A DNA stretch of 64,000 nucleotides from Asterias rubens. Taxonomy: Eukaryota. Location: positions 20,708,001 to 20,772,000 of the forward strand of contig NC_047062.1 in NCBI RefSeq assembly GCF_902459465.1, read 5' to 3'. The position numbers and the translations under genes were made by a program. Of this stretch, positions 46,885 through 59,200 are shown one piece after another. How positions within the stretch are numbered: position 1 is the first letter of the stretch; every line of letters starts with the position of its first letter. The notes beneath the pieces were generated by a model, which searched no databases, was not told where the DNA came from, and saw nothing but the letters and a program-made list of their open reading frames with translations.

Positions 46885-49800
46885 CTAGTCTTCAAGTATA
46901 CTATCGAGCCAGTCTTCAAGGTCGTCTGCTTTTGCATCATTCTGAGTGGAAGCTGAAAAAAAAATTGAGAATAATTATTTCACATAATAATAGAAATTAA
47001 TACAAATATAACTATGAAGGAACCACGATCATCAGAATAGACCTTAAATGAATTGATGTCATCCATCCACAATCTTAGAGGTAAACCGAAAATAAAGTGC
47101 ACAGATTTGTACGTGCAGTGCACAGGATTGACAGGCCAATAATGAACAACATCTGTTTAACCTCCAGGTGAGGGCGCCCTACTCAAATGATGTCATGTGC
47201 ATAAGGTCTATACAGGCTGGGATAAATATTATAAATGATAAGACTTCATTAGACCATATTGAAACAAGTCCTCATCATAATGAGTGAAAATATCTGGCTT
47301 ATACAATCAGCTCTTCTTTGCCCAAATTGCCCAATCCAAAGGAGGGCTCTGACACAGCCTCACCCACGTACCTTCAACTGGAATAGTCATTGCAGAGGAC
47401 TCCTCAGTAGAATCTTGGGATGTACTTGCAGAGCCCTCCTCCTCCTGTCCCTCTGCAGTCTCATTGGTGCCTAGTTTAATCCTGGTCTGTACAGGGGTCT
47501 CCAAGGACAACAGAAAGTCCAACTCATCTTCATCTTCAATCTCACTAGTCTTGGAGTTTGGTTGTAAATAATCCTTCTTAATGTCTTTACATTGATTTTT
47601 GTCATTCAGAGGATTTGATGTCATTGTATGAGATGACTTTACTTCAGCTTGACTATCTGTTCCGATAGAAGCGACTGTTGGTGAAGCCGGTTTAGGGCAA
47701 ATTGCTCTTGCGGAATCATTTGATTCAAGTTCAAGTACTGTGTTTCGGATGGCTGTGGATTCTTGTCCTCCATCACGGGAGCTGTTTTGAGTTCTGTTGT
47801 TGTCAAGAGGCTGCACGAGCTCTACATAATTACTCTCGCTGGATAAGTCACCAGGTTGTACTGCATCACTCTCCTTGCTTTTGACATGATAGTCTGGTGT
47901 CATCTTATGAAGTTCTTTATCTTGCAAAGACTGCTTAGCAGCCATGGTGTCCTTATCTGTGTTGGAATCGGTGAGCTGACTCCCAGTTAACACTAAAGGG
48001 GATGCTTTACTGCGTGTTGATGGTAAGACACTTGTGGCAGGCACGATGGAGTTCAACTCTTTCTCATGTCTTAAGGCAATTTCATTGAAACTCTGCAGCA
48101 TGGACGACTGTTGGTGAATAGAGTCAATAGAAACAGATTTGAGTTGCAGTTTATACAGGCAAGCATGAGTATTTGTGATGGAAACAAAGACAATGTGAGA
48201 TCTACTTGCAGTGAATCCGAGTATACTCCTCTGATTCAGTTTTCTGTTTTTACCTTTAGACACTATATGTGTACATTGTAGCCCTGTATACCCAGTACTT
48301 TCCCAAAGTTCTGTACAAAACTAAACAAGCAAATCACTCAGCTGAGATTCAAATCCACAACCTTTTTATTTCTAGAGCAGATCACCACTAGATCACCGAG
48401 CTAGCCCGGCGGCTAGAGGCAGTTGTGTTAGCAGCGGGTACAGGTTTTGTATCCGGGATCAATAATTTACTTTGTTTTTACCCTTAAATGGACATATTAA
48501 AAGCACTGTATACTGACGTTCCCAAGTTCTGTAAAATAAATCAGGAAAGTACTGTGTGCACAGTGTATACATTGCTCAATATACATCGGTGTTAGGGTAA
48601 AACAAATGAAACTCTTTATCCTGATGCAAAACTAACATATATCATTACATCTGATGCGTTGTCATTACCTCAAAGAAATTTTCTTGGATGTTAAGTCTTA
48701 TATGTAGAGGGATTGCTCTCAGCTGGTTGGCCAGGGCATGGCAGTCAATGGCAGGAAAACTATCTGATTCCTACATTTAAAAAGTTACCACATTATTAGA
48801 TCAAGTTAATGCATTTCGCAAACCAAAATCAAGTTAAATACATGTATTCATAAAATAAAACAAAAACTTTCTACAACATCAAAATTCAATGCAAGGAAAT
48901 TACAATGTCATATGCATGTTGGATAGGATTTAAACCCGTGCTTCTACAGCAGATGCATTACACCATTTCGGATGAGTTTGCAATATGGGGCCAGGTTGAT
49001 TCCCAAGTATGTTAAAAGTCAAAGCAGGCCTCGAAATAACCCTGCCTCTGGCACCCACAGAAATAGCCGAGGTGACCTGTACTTTTGCTATGGTGCCCTC
49101 TACAAGGTTCAAATTCAAACTTACATTTAGTGCCCCTTACAAGAAGAAAATTGCTGTGCCCTTCAAGGGCGAAGTTTAAGGCCGGTCATCTGCCACTGAG
49201 AGCTTAAAACATATCACCAAACAGACTTAAAACACATTGCAACTGCCAAGTCAAAATCTTGTAAAGTAAGATACATCAGCTCGACATCTCACCTGGTTAT
49301 TACCATCTCCCAAATCCTCCTCCTCCCATATTTGCTCATCCTTGAAACGAAACTGACTTGTTGCATCTCCTACAGTTGCATGACAAATGGACATAATTGT
49401 AATGTTATTGTATACAACTGTAAATGTTGTTAGTTGCATCAATGACTGCTCAAACTACCATCCAATATGGACATAATGATTATGGTGAAATAAAGAACAA
49501 TAAAAGTTCAAGTGAATAGTGTGAAAGTATACAGATAATAAAAGAGCAGTTCCATAGAAATGTAAACCTCAGTGCCAAAATTTCAAAATGGCACTAATGT
49601 GGCAAATGAGGCATCATTTTGTAGCTAATTGTATGAATTTTAATAAAATATAATTTGTTACTGAAAATATTCAGCGGCTCAAGTGCTATTTTCGACTGAA
49701 AAAATACTTTAAAAATAGTGAAATTGGCTCAAAAATAATGTTTTGCCAAATTAATCAAAATTTGTACTGACATGGTTAAATAGTGTTTGTTTTGGTTTTG

Positions 49801-52776
49801 CACCTGTTTGAATTTTGCTATGGTAACAACACAATGATGGAAAAAAAATTTAAAATTTCTTTCAAAATTGTATGATATTCAATATTTTAGGAAACTTACT
49901 TTTCCGATGTACGTCCGACACCAAAATAGTGAATATTTTAATCTCCCTATTTCAACCGTGGGCAGAAAATTTTCAAATTTACACTACAAAGCACAATTGA
50001 TGCCCTCTATCTAACCATGGAATTATTTCTTTAAAAAAATCTTCTTAACCGTACAAAATCCTGGTGTCGGACGTGCATTTTGTTCGTACGTCCGACACCA
50101 GTACGTCCAACACCTCCAAAATAATTATGTGAAAGCCTTTTTGAATGCCTTTAAAATATCATACAAAGCTATAAATTGGTACCTAGGGTAACTCTCACCT
50201 AAATCACTCAAATCTTGCCTCAAAACAAGTGTATTTCATTCCCCTTTTTTTCTACTGGCTGCTAAAAACACAATAATTTTAATACGCAGAAAATTTTAAT
50301 TTCCATTTCCAAAACCCACTGGTACTTATAATTAATATAAGAAAAGCTTGGTTTTTGCAGTATATTTGTTAAATTCAGGTACAAACCCCCAAGCAAGGAT
50401 AGAGCTCTCATTCATTTAGTAAACTGTTGACAATGCTCTAAAGTTGGTTGTTGAGAGAAAATATCAAAACATTTAACACCAAAATTCTTGGTGACCTCTG
50501 ACCTTGGCAACAGTTACCCACCAAGAACTTTAAACTTAAATTTTTTTAAACACAAGTCCAATCTACAATATATTTGGACCAAATGTTATTTTGCAGACTC
50601 ATATCTTTCATTGTTAGGCAACATTTTGAAACTTGGGTGTTTTGCCAGTTTTGGTTGCCACAGCAATGCATAAGGATACGCATGTACATCATGTACAAGT
50701 TGCATTACACATGCACATTGTTTCTATTGATCTCAAAACGTGGTATAATTTGACAATTAAACCACTTTTTTCAACAAATAATGATTTAATCTGATATTAC
50801 AACACCAAATTGGTAGATTAAATCATTATTTTATAACAAAAGTGAAAAGTTGAACTGATTGTTACCTATTTTTGAATGCAATTTCGGACAAGTACGTCCG
50901 ACACTGTGAAATGTACGTCCGACACCAATATATTAAATGCCATTCCTTAAAATTCAAATTTAAAAACCAAATGTCTTATGGTAAAGTGTAATGACAGAGG
51001 TCTGATGAATCCATAAATAAGAAAAAATTGCATTAAAGTTCAAACACATCACAGAGTTTGAACTACAAATATTGGTTTTCATAAAAAGGTGTTTCTCTGA
51101 GTACGTCCGACACCATGGTGTTTTGGGCGAATGGCGTCCATATCAAAAGACATGGATGAATAATTGTTTGATAAAATAACTTTAGTGACTGCCTTATACC
51201 TCTATCTAGAATAAAAATTCATTTTATTTATACCACTGTAATAATACACTCTGTTAAAGTGTCCGAAATGTACGTCCGACCCCGTGGAACTGCCCAAAAG
51301 TAGAACATGAGGTTGTGAGGGTGGACAGTCAATATTATTAGCTCCCTGATGTATTGGAAGTTGATTCCCTGAGGAGTAGCTTAGGTAACTAGTTTGTCAA
51401 CTTCTACCAAGGGGAGCTGATATTTACTGTCCTTTTGCCATAAACCACGTTACATTTATTTCACTATAATATTCCTCTAGCTCAGCACCACTGAGTTCTG
51501 CATCCTTTAGCTCTGGAAATGAAAATTAACATGCCCCACCATCTTTCGCATGTTTTTGCATGTGTACTACACCAACCTGTTTGAGAGATTAAACTCTCGT
51601 AGTCTGCTCCCCTTATATCCGAACTGCTTCTATCATCATCTTGGGCTTCATTCAAGGGTTCATACCGGTCCCAGTTGCTCTCAATCTTCCGTCTTGAAAA
51701 TTGCCTCACTCTCTGCATAGACAACATAAATCATGATGATTTAATGATATAGCTTTGTTTTTTATTATTTTGTGTTATTAATTTAGTTATTAAGTGTGAG
51801 CGAAACACCAAAGAACAAGTTACTGCAAGTCAGCCTGATGCTTTAAGTTCTTGAAAGGGCAAAGGCACCAAGGCGTTTTCTCCCTTGCAAAAAGGGCACC
51901 TCTTTGACAAAATACAAGAGGCACAAAGACAATGAACACAGGGGCATGCCTGAGGGCTCCTTTTGACTCTGTGATTCTCGAAGCATCAGGCCTGCAGTGT
52001 AACTGAGGTTGTCAAGGTTTTGAGTTGTCCCACGAATTGAGTTGTCCTGACTGCCGAGCTGTCACAAGAACCATCGAGTTGTCTTATTCATACATAGTTG
52101 CGAAAACCTAACCCTCCTGCCGATGGCGAAGCGGTAGGCCTCCGGCTCCGCCGTCGGGAGGAGGGTTACGTTATTTACTCGCAACTAATTCATACATTGG
52201 TTATCAATTTATGCGTTTTTATTTTTATTTTATTTTTTTTGGCGGGGGGGGGGGTATAAAAGACGTTATTTGCAATAGACCTCATTGTAATCTATGGAAT
52301 TGTGTAATTATATTTGTACTATTATTTAAGCAGGTTTAGTTAAAACAATTTAATTGTGTTTAATTTGATTATTTGCTTTATTTATATATTAGTTAGTAAA
52401 AAACTAGTAGGGCTAGTAGTACGTAGTACTGTCAGTGACTGTACTGTACGTTCAAAATGTTAGTGCTACTCTACTGTACTAATAATATTTAGCTTCATTA
52501 AAAGTAAGTAAACAATTCATTATTTTCCTCACTTCTTACCTCAGACTCATCTGTAGAGTCCTTGTTGTGAGAATGCTGAGATTGAGAGCTTGGAAGTCTT
52601 GGTGTTGGGGGAGATTTGACGTCAAGTGCTGAACTTGAAGAACTTGAAGAAAGTGAAGAACTGGACAACTTTGTCTTCTCCTGATTTGTGCTTTTGCCGT
52701 CCTCTTTCTTTTGAGTAATTCCATGTTTCTTCTTGTATTGCGCACTGCGCTTCTTTTTATGTTGGTCTGGCTTCAT
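46885..52776 (-). CDS. AVEN: Cell death regulator Aven homolog; about 451 aa, 6 exons
   Basis: Exons 52776-52540, 51712-51577, 49369-49293, 48770-48669, 48107-47372, 46952-46885 (TAG). Motifs FSRRKIESNWDRY, SQFRFKDEQIW, LRAIPLHIRLNI and C-terminal DLEDWLDSILED match AVEN conserved blocks. Confidence 0.85.
49544..51295. mobile_element. 1.75-kb non-autonomous DNA transposon, Sola2-like, in AVEN intron 2
   Basis: AAAA|GAGCAGTTCCA...TGGAACTGCCC|AAAA (GRG termini, 4-bp TSD); eight GTACGTCCGACAC-type motifs inside; no transposase ORF. Confidence 0.65.
52105..52172. repeat. Short foldback hairpin in AVEN intron 1
   Basis: AACCCTCCTGCCGATGGCGAAGC pairs with GCTCCGCCGTCGGGAGGAGGGTT (20/23). Confidence 0.8.
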
Positions 52777-53166
52777 TTTGTGCGAAGAATAAGGTTTTAA
52801 CGTGAACTTTTAGTTCTGGTTTTGTACCACTTTCCTTTTATACCGTCTGCTGCATGGGACATGTGTCTGACGAAAAAAAATTAACGGTGTGTAGAAAGGA
52901 CGCCCTCAATAGTTCTTCCTTGGTGAGTGCGGCATTTTCCATCATTTCCAAAAGGCCGCCTAACTTTGTGAAAAAATATTGAAAATTCACACGGTAACTG
53001 CGCACATAACGCTTTTGTTATTGACAACAACAAGATAAATATTTAGCAAGATAAGTGAGGGCGATTGTAAAAGGTTGACATATTTTTTCGGTGGGGAAAA
53101 CAAACTGACAATCACACAATCGAGACATAATATAAAAATTATTGAAATGGATTCTAGAAAAAAGAA
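52777..53166. promoter_or_regulatory. Putative bidirectional promoter between AVEN and the LYPD6-like gene
   Basis: Divergent start codons only 390 bp apart. Confidence 0.55.
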
Positions 53167-54732
53167 ATGAGAATAAAGATGGTGTTCAAGTTTAGGAGGA
53201 ATTCAGAAGGAATCTTTTGCATACTTATGACGCTGATGATTATTTTGATGGCAGTCTGCTTTCGAACAGGTAACTTTAGAGATTTAGTTTACTTTTTGCA
53301 GATAATATTTAATAATAATATTAACAATTATGATAGAATCAAATTGGCTTGTGTTTTATTAAAACAAAGACCAATTTATAACTAGTAGTTTTATAAATAC
53401 TATGCAAGAAGTGTAACCTGGTCTAGATGATCGAGTATTTCATTCAAGTGAAAGGCCTATTTTTTACTAATTTAAGTTGGTGTACAAAAATGTCGATATT
53501 CATATTGCCTTGTTATTCAAATCTTGTCTCACAATCACATTGATTGAGTCTTTCATTCAATATTGAGCCTTATTTAATAACTAAACATTCACCATTGTTT
53601 TGTAATAAACTGGAGAAGACAATGATCAAGTTGCCAATTCTGTCAGTGTCATCAAATACTGTCAAATTATCAAATATCGATTTAAGACATTTGTTCATCA
53701 ATTTGTCAACAAATAAGTTGTTAACTCCCAATCATTATAGCTGTACCCTTTTATTGTAAAGCTTGAGCATTATTGTTGATCTATTTCTTGCAGCGTCAAG
53801 TCTTCAATGCTTTACCTGTGAAGCAGAGGATACAAATGAAAACTGCAACATCAAAGAAGCTCCGGTTCTCAAGACGTGTACATCGAGACAAGATAGATGT
53901 CTCACTCAGGTCATTTATTCAAGTAAGTGGAAAATGCTGTGGCGATTAAGATCCAGTGGGCACTGTACTCCTTTTTTTCAAAACTTTGACATCTGCAGAT
54001 CTATATCAAAATTTCAAAAAGGAGTACAGCGCCCAAGTTACTGGGTCTAGTGTTGATGGTAGTTGACTGGTGAAAACAAAATTCACCAGTCACACTGCTC
54101 ATAGATGATAAACAGCTGGTTCTGACTATTGGGTCGAGAGCAGTTGTCTCGCAGGAGCCAGTCAGTCTTGCAAGAACATTGCCAGAGTAGCAATATTTTC
54201 GAACAGAGTTTGTACGCTATCCCCAGGACAAACCTTTAAGCTTAATTGTAAACTCGCCTAAATAGTTGATTGAAGTTATCATTTCATATATCAGGTATCG
54301 TCCTGGTGGCAGGACGGCTTTGTAGAGGTGGTGGTCACCTGTTCCTCCTCGCCACTCACTGGCTTGGTATTTTAAAGCTATTTTTATTAATTGTTTCTTT
54401 ATGTATCGTCTTGTATTTTTATATTATTATGCCAGTGGAAAGTCTAAGATGCATGCATTATGTTTTGAAAAAATAAGAGAATATTTTTTTTTTCAGCTGA
54501 AAGAGGCAAGTTGAGGATTGACAAGGAATGCACAACTGAAGATGGTTGCACTGCAGCAACAACACAACTTGGGAAACGCTACTTTTGTGACAAGTCACGA
54601 CCAGCGTGGGGCTGTGTCGAGTGCTGCGATACAGACAGATGCAACGAGAATGGCGTCGCTGTCACAAGAGCATCGGCAGCAGTGGTGCTTGGAGCATTGA
54701 GTTCAGTTGTTGTGGCTTTACATGTTTTATGA
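53167..54732 (+). CDS. Ly6/uPAR three-finger protein, LYPD6-like, predicted GPI anchor; about 155 aa, 3 exons
   Basis: Exons 53167-53269, 53794-53922, 54497-54732 (phases 1,1). Signal peptide, LQCFTCEAEDTNENCN start, 12 Cys, CCDTDRCN end motif, hydrophobic C-terminal tail. Confidence 0.85.
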
Positions 54733-56295
54733 GGGTCTTTTTATTGCCGTTTGTAATTCTACTTCCGTCTTGTACATAAGAGTACAATACTGAGTGCTGC
54801 ACATGGCATGAGTTCTACAAGTGTAAATATTTATGTAGTCTGCTGCAAATGTGAACAAAGTTATGTCGAGATGAAGTCATAGGGCATGATGCATATTTTA
54901 GGTTTTAAAAGTGAAAATTGTAAATTGTGAATAATTTAAAGAAAAAGGTTCAAATTCCAAATAAAGAGGGCAGTTACACTTGAACCAAATGTTTTCAGAA
55001 ATCTAAGTTGTGGGATTCGTCATTCTATTTATTATTATTTATTAAAATGAAATTGGTACTGCCCTTAATAAGTAATTTATTTTCATTAAAAAAAATCTTG
55101 CCTTATAGGTTATTAGAATCTAAAAAGAAAATTAAGTGAAAATTTCAGTTTATAGGAATGTGATGTATTTGTTATTGAAGCAATGAGATACCCGATTTGG
55201 CGAGCAAGTCTGTCACGATAGTAAGTCAGTGCTCTTTCACTTCAGCAGTACAAAATGTTTGCCCCCCCCTGAAATGTAAGCTTGCCCAACCCCCACCCCC
55301 TCTCCTCTCTCGGATTAACAGGTCTGACCCGGTGCTTTATAGTATGGACCAATGAATATTTCTTGATAAATTCAGATGTGTCACAATTTTTTGTAATATT
55401 TAGCAGCTTTTTAGTGATATTTGACAAATTAATTGAATTCAATTAATTGTTAGTGATAATGTTTATAGTTTGTGAATAGAAACAGGGTTTGCTTAATAGT
55501 GTGCTACTCAGATAACAGTTTTGATACTTGCTATTAATAAAGAATTTAATTAAGATTGTGTAAATAAAGATGCGTGATATGTATATAATTGTTTGTGTCC
55601 CAAAGCATTCATTCCAACTTCAAATCCATAGAGATCCAATAATAGGACTGTTGCATATAATATTTCCTCTTAGACGCATAATGAAGAGGCATGCTTCTCC
55701 CATCACAAACATAGTTACATATTTTTGATATGGTGTGGAGATCTTTAGAATCGGCAAATAATGTAGTCTTCAAAAACACAATGACAAAATTATTCATTTA
55801 AAAATAGCTTATTTATTAATCTGAAAAAGCCCTACTTTAAAATCGTAATATATCATTCCAACTGGTAACATTTTCAAAACATCTAGGATTTTTACAAGAG
55901 CAAGAAGCTTTCAAATACTTTCAAAAAGCATTCTTTACTTTACAGGTTAGAACAAGTCTGAAGGGATTTTAAAAACAGTTATTGAGCACTGCCAGAGCTA
56001 CTCGTGTACAAAATATCATTAAATAGTGAAATCTTTAAGAAACCGGTCAACCAAATGTTCCTTTATAATTTAATTATTATATCACAACATAAGGATGAGA
56101 GGTTTGTTTGCTCGTTTGGTGTTGGGGTTTTTTCAAATCAAAGAAACCGGTCAACCAACCTGGTTATTATTTCTTTTAACAGCATCATCTGTTTCAATTC
56201 TGGGGAATAACATTCAAAAACGGTTGGTCTTTCAACAGAAAAGCAAGCGCTGCAACTTTTAAAGGATTATCAGAAAGTGTTTCTATGTACTTGCA

Positions 56296-59200
56296 TCACG
56301 AAAGACATTGGTCAAGATGTTGGTTGATTTTGGACTGCTGTATCTCACAGGTGCATACAGGACACTTCACCATATCTGCTCCGTCATGCACATCTGTGGA
56401 CTGCCTTCCAGCAGCTACTTCTGTATCAAAAGTTAAGACACCACCTCTAGAAACAGTTGAGTTACTTTTGTCAGTTCTCTTGGGCTCATTGGTCCATGGA
56501 TTTGTTCCACTAGTTGCCTCCAAATTCCCCGATTTCTTTCTCAATCGGCCAAAAGCATCAACAATAGAGTCTTGCTTCTTGCCATCCCGATCCTCCCTGT
56601 TGCTGTTGGACGTTGAAGCCCCTTGTTGCTTGTTAGATGAGTTTGTTGAGAGTCTGGGTGAAGGGAGGCTAGTGGAGTTCCCTAGATTAGAAGTGCTTGA
56701 AGAATTTGAAGAGTTTTTGTAAAGATGAGTTGACTGTGGAGTTGCAGCTACGTGTATACTTCTGGCAGTTTTGTCATCCCCAGCCTCCCTAATGCTGTTG
56801 GACATTGAAGCCCCTTGTTGCTTGCTGGAGGTGTTCGTTGAGAGTCTTGGTGTAGGGAGGGTAGTGGGTTTCCCTTGAGCAGAAGAGCTCGGAGATGAAG
56901 AACTTGGAGTGTTTCTGTAACGATGAGTCGGTTGTTGAGTTGCACCTAGGGCAGGTTTGTCCTTTCCATTGCTCTGAGGATGAGGATTGCCAAACTTAAC
57001 AATTACAACATCCTCATCGTCTGAAGAGTCACTGTCAAATATTGCGGCCAGGGCTTTCAGTCTCAAGCTTTTCGAGAGATTTTCTTTTCCAGAGTCTGAC
57101 TGCTCGTCTTTCTCCGGACTCTTTGTTCTCGACGGGATGTGAGACGACGTAGATGGACTGACTTCTGTTTTCTTCAGGAACTTGTGCAGCGTATTTTGGT
57201 CTTTGGTTAGAAGCCTTGAAGTGGTGCTGCTTCCCCCGAGTGCCTGACCTTTACCTGGGAAGCCCGAGGCGTCTTCTGTCACTCTCTTCTTAGTTTCTGC
57301 AAACAAAAATTGAAGATTGTTAAATGCATGTACCATTTTCAAAATTGATGAGGCGCTTTAAAGTAGTTAGGTCAAAACAGTATTTTTGCTCAAAGATACA
57401 TCCAGGCATCTATTTCTACCTCCATGATCCAGGCAAGTAGTTAATATACAAAACAAACGTACGCTGCATTTGGAAAAGTTCAGTCTCGTTAACCAGTAAC
57501 TTACTTCATGGCAGTTTAAAATGAAATTCACAGACAAAATCATGGACTTTTTTAAAGGCTGCTGCACCATCAAGACAAATAATTTATATAATAGTTTTGA
57601 CTGGTCTAATAATGTTATACTTTGCTGTTATTTGAGTAACTTGTTTTAAAAAATAAAACATTTTGAACAGGTCTTCCTGTTGTGTCAATATCATTGTTTG
57701 TGGAAGTCATACATCCTTATACAACAGTAAAGCCAGGGATCACTCGCAAGCTACGATACAGCCAGGGATCACTCGCAAGCTACAATACAGCCAGGGATCA
57801 CTCGCAAGCTACGATACAGCCAGAGAAGTGGCATTAAGGAGATCACCACAGGGATGCAACTTTTTCCTTTTAATAATCTAGTGATAAACCAGAACAGGAG
57901 GTTGTTGCTCTTATCCAGTTCCTCACCATTTCCACTGCCACTATTCTCTGGGTCCTCCTTCTTCCTTTTTGTTCCTTTCTTGACTCCATACCCTTCGGGT
58001 TCCTTGACCTTGGTGTACGATCCCCCACACGTGCTCTTATGCCCCCCCCACCAGGGGTCTCTTGCAGAGGGTGCTCTGTTCATGGCTCTTCGCACCATGC
58101 CGTAGTAGGGGGGTCGTTTCTGGCAAGGGCCGTCACAGCGCCACCAATGTTGACGATACACATCCACCTCATCATGGAAGTTGTGATAAATCTGTCCAAA
58201 AAAATTCAGCTTAATAATTAGGTTGTAAAATGTACATATTTGTTGGTTTATCAAGACCTCTATTAAAATGAACTTTACACGACATAAGGAGCTACAAAGT
58301 CTCGTCCCAAATATTAATGGACATATTCAATTGGAATGGTGGGAACAACCTAAAAGTGTACACACTGTGATGTTTGACCATTAACCTTAGAAGTGTACAC
58401 TGTATTTAATATGTGTAAAGCCATGCAACTTTATAAGCTGTTACTCCCTTTTTTAGAATGCAGAAGTTCAAAGCCGATTCCCCACACTTATTCTCAACTT
58501 GACTTTTCACAAATGCCATTTTAAGGTCATCGCCGTGTATTAACAAACACAAATGGGCTATAAATAGGACCAATTCAAACGGCCAGGAACACAGCTAGGG
58601 TAAATAATATTATAAGTTAGGTACACTTAAGGTTTGATAATCCTATAACTTGCAGTCAGACAGCTCTTTGGGTTACCAGTAACAGAAACTCACCGAGATG
58701 CTGGTTCCAGTAGATTTATTTAACCGGTTCATGTGTTTGCAGAACTCAGGTCCATGGCCATCATGATCCTTCAAAAGCACAAAAATAGAAATCAAAACCC
58801 ACTATAAACTCACAAGTGTTCAAATTACTCATTTTACATAATAGAAAGAGCATGTCTCATGCAGACTAAAACTTTTTGGGGAATTTTGTGTTCATCTATT
58901 TATTGCTTGGTGTAAAGGAAACAAAATATCACATTTTTCTGTTCAAATATGCACAAGACTTGTACAATCTGTAGTTTCAAAAACAAATGTTTACCCTATA
59001 AACCAACCCAAATTATTAAAAGATTATCCACTGGCTTGAATTGATTTGGGTCCATTCAGTAAAGAAGGAAATGGCAAATCAATGCTTGGTAGTGGACCAG
59101 GCATCAGGGCAACTTGGAGGCAACCAACTGCTCTGAATGCACAAGGAATAATTCAGCGGCACAAGAAACATTCTTTCAGCTGTAGTTCTCATCCCCAAGA

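Noticed and set aside
56285-56722. 145-aa plus-strand ORF
   Set aside because: Antisense shadow of the SPRTN last exon.
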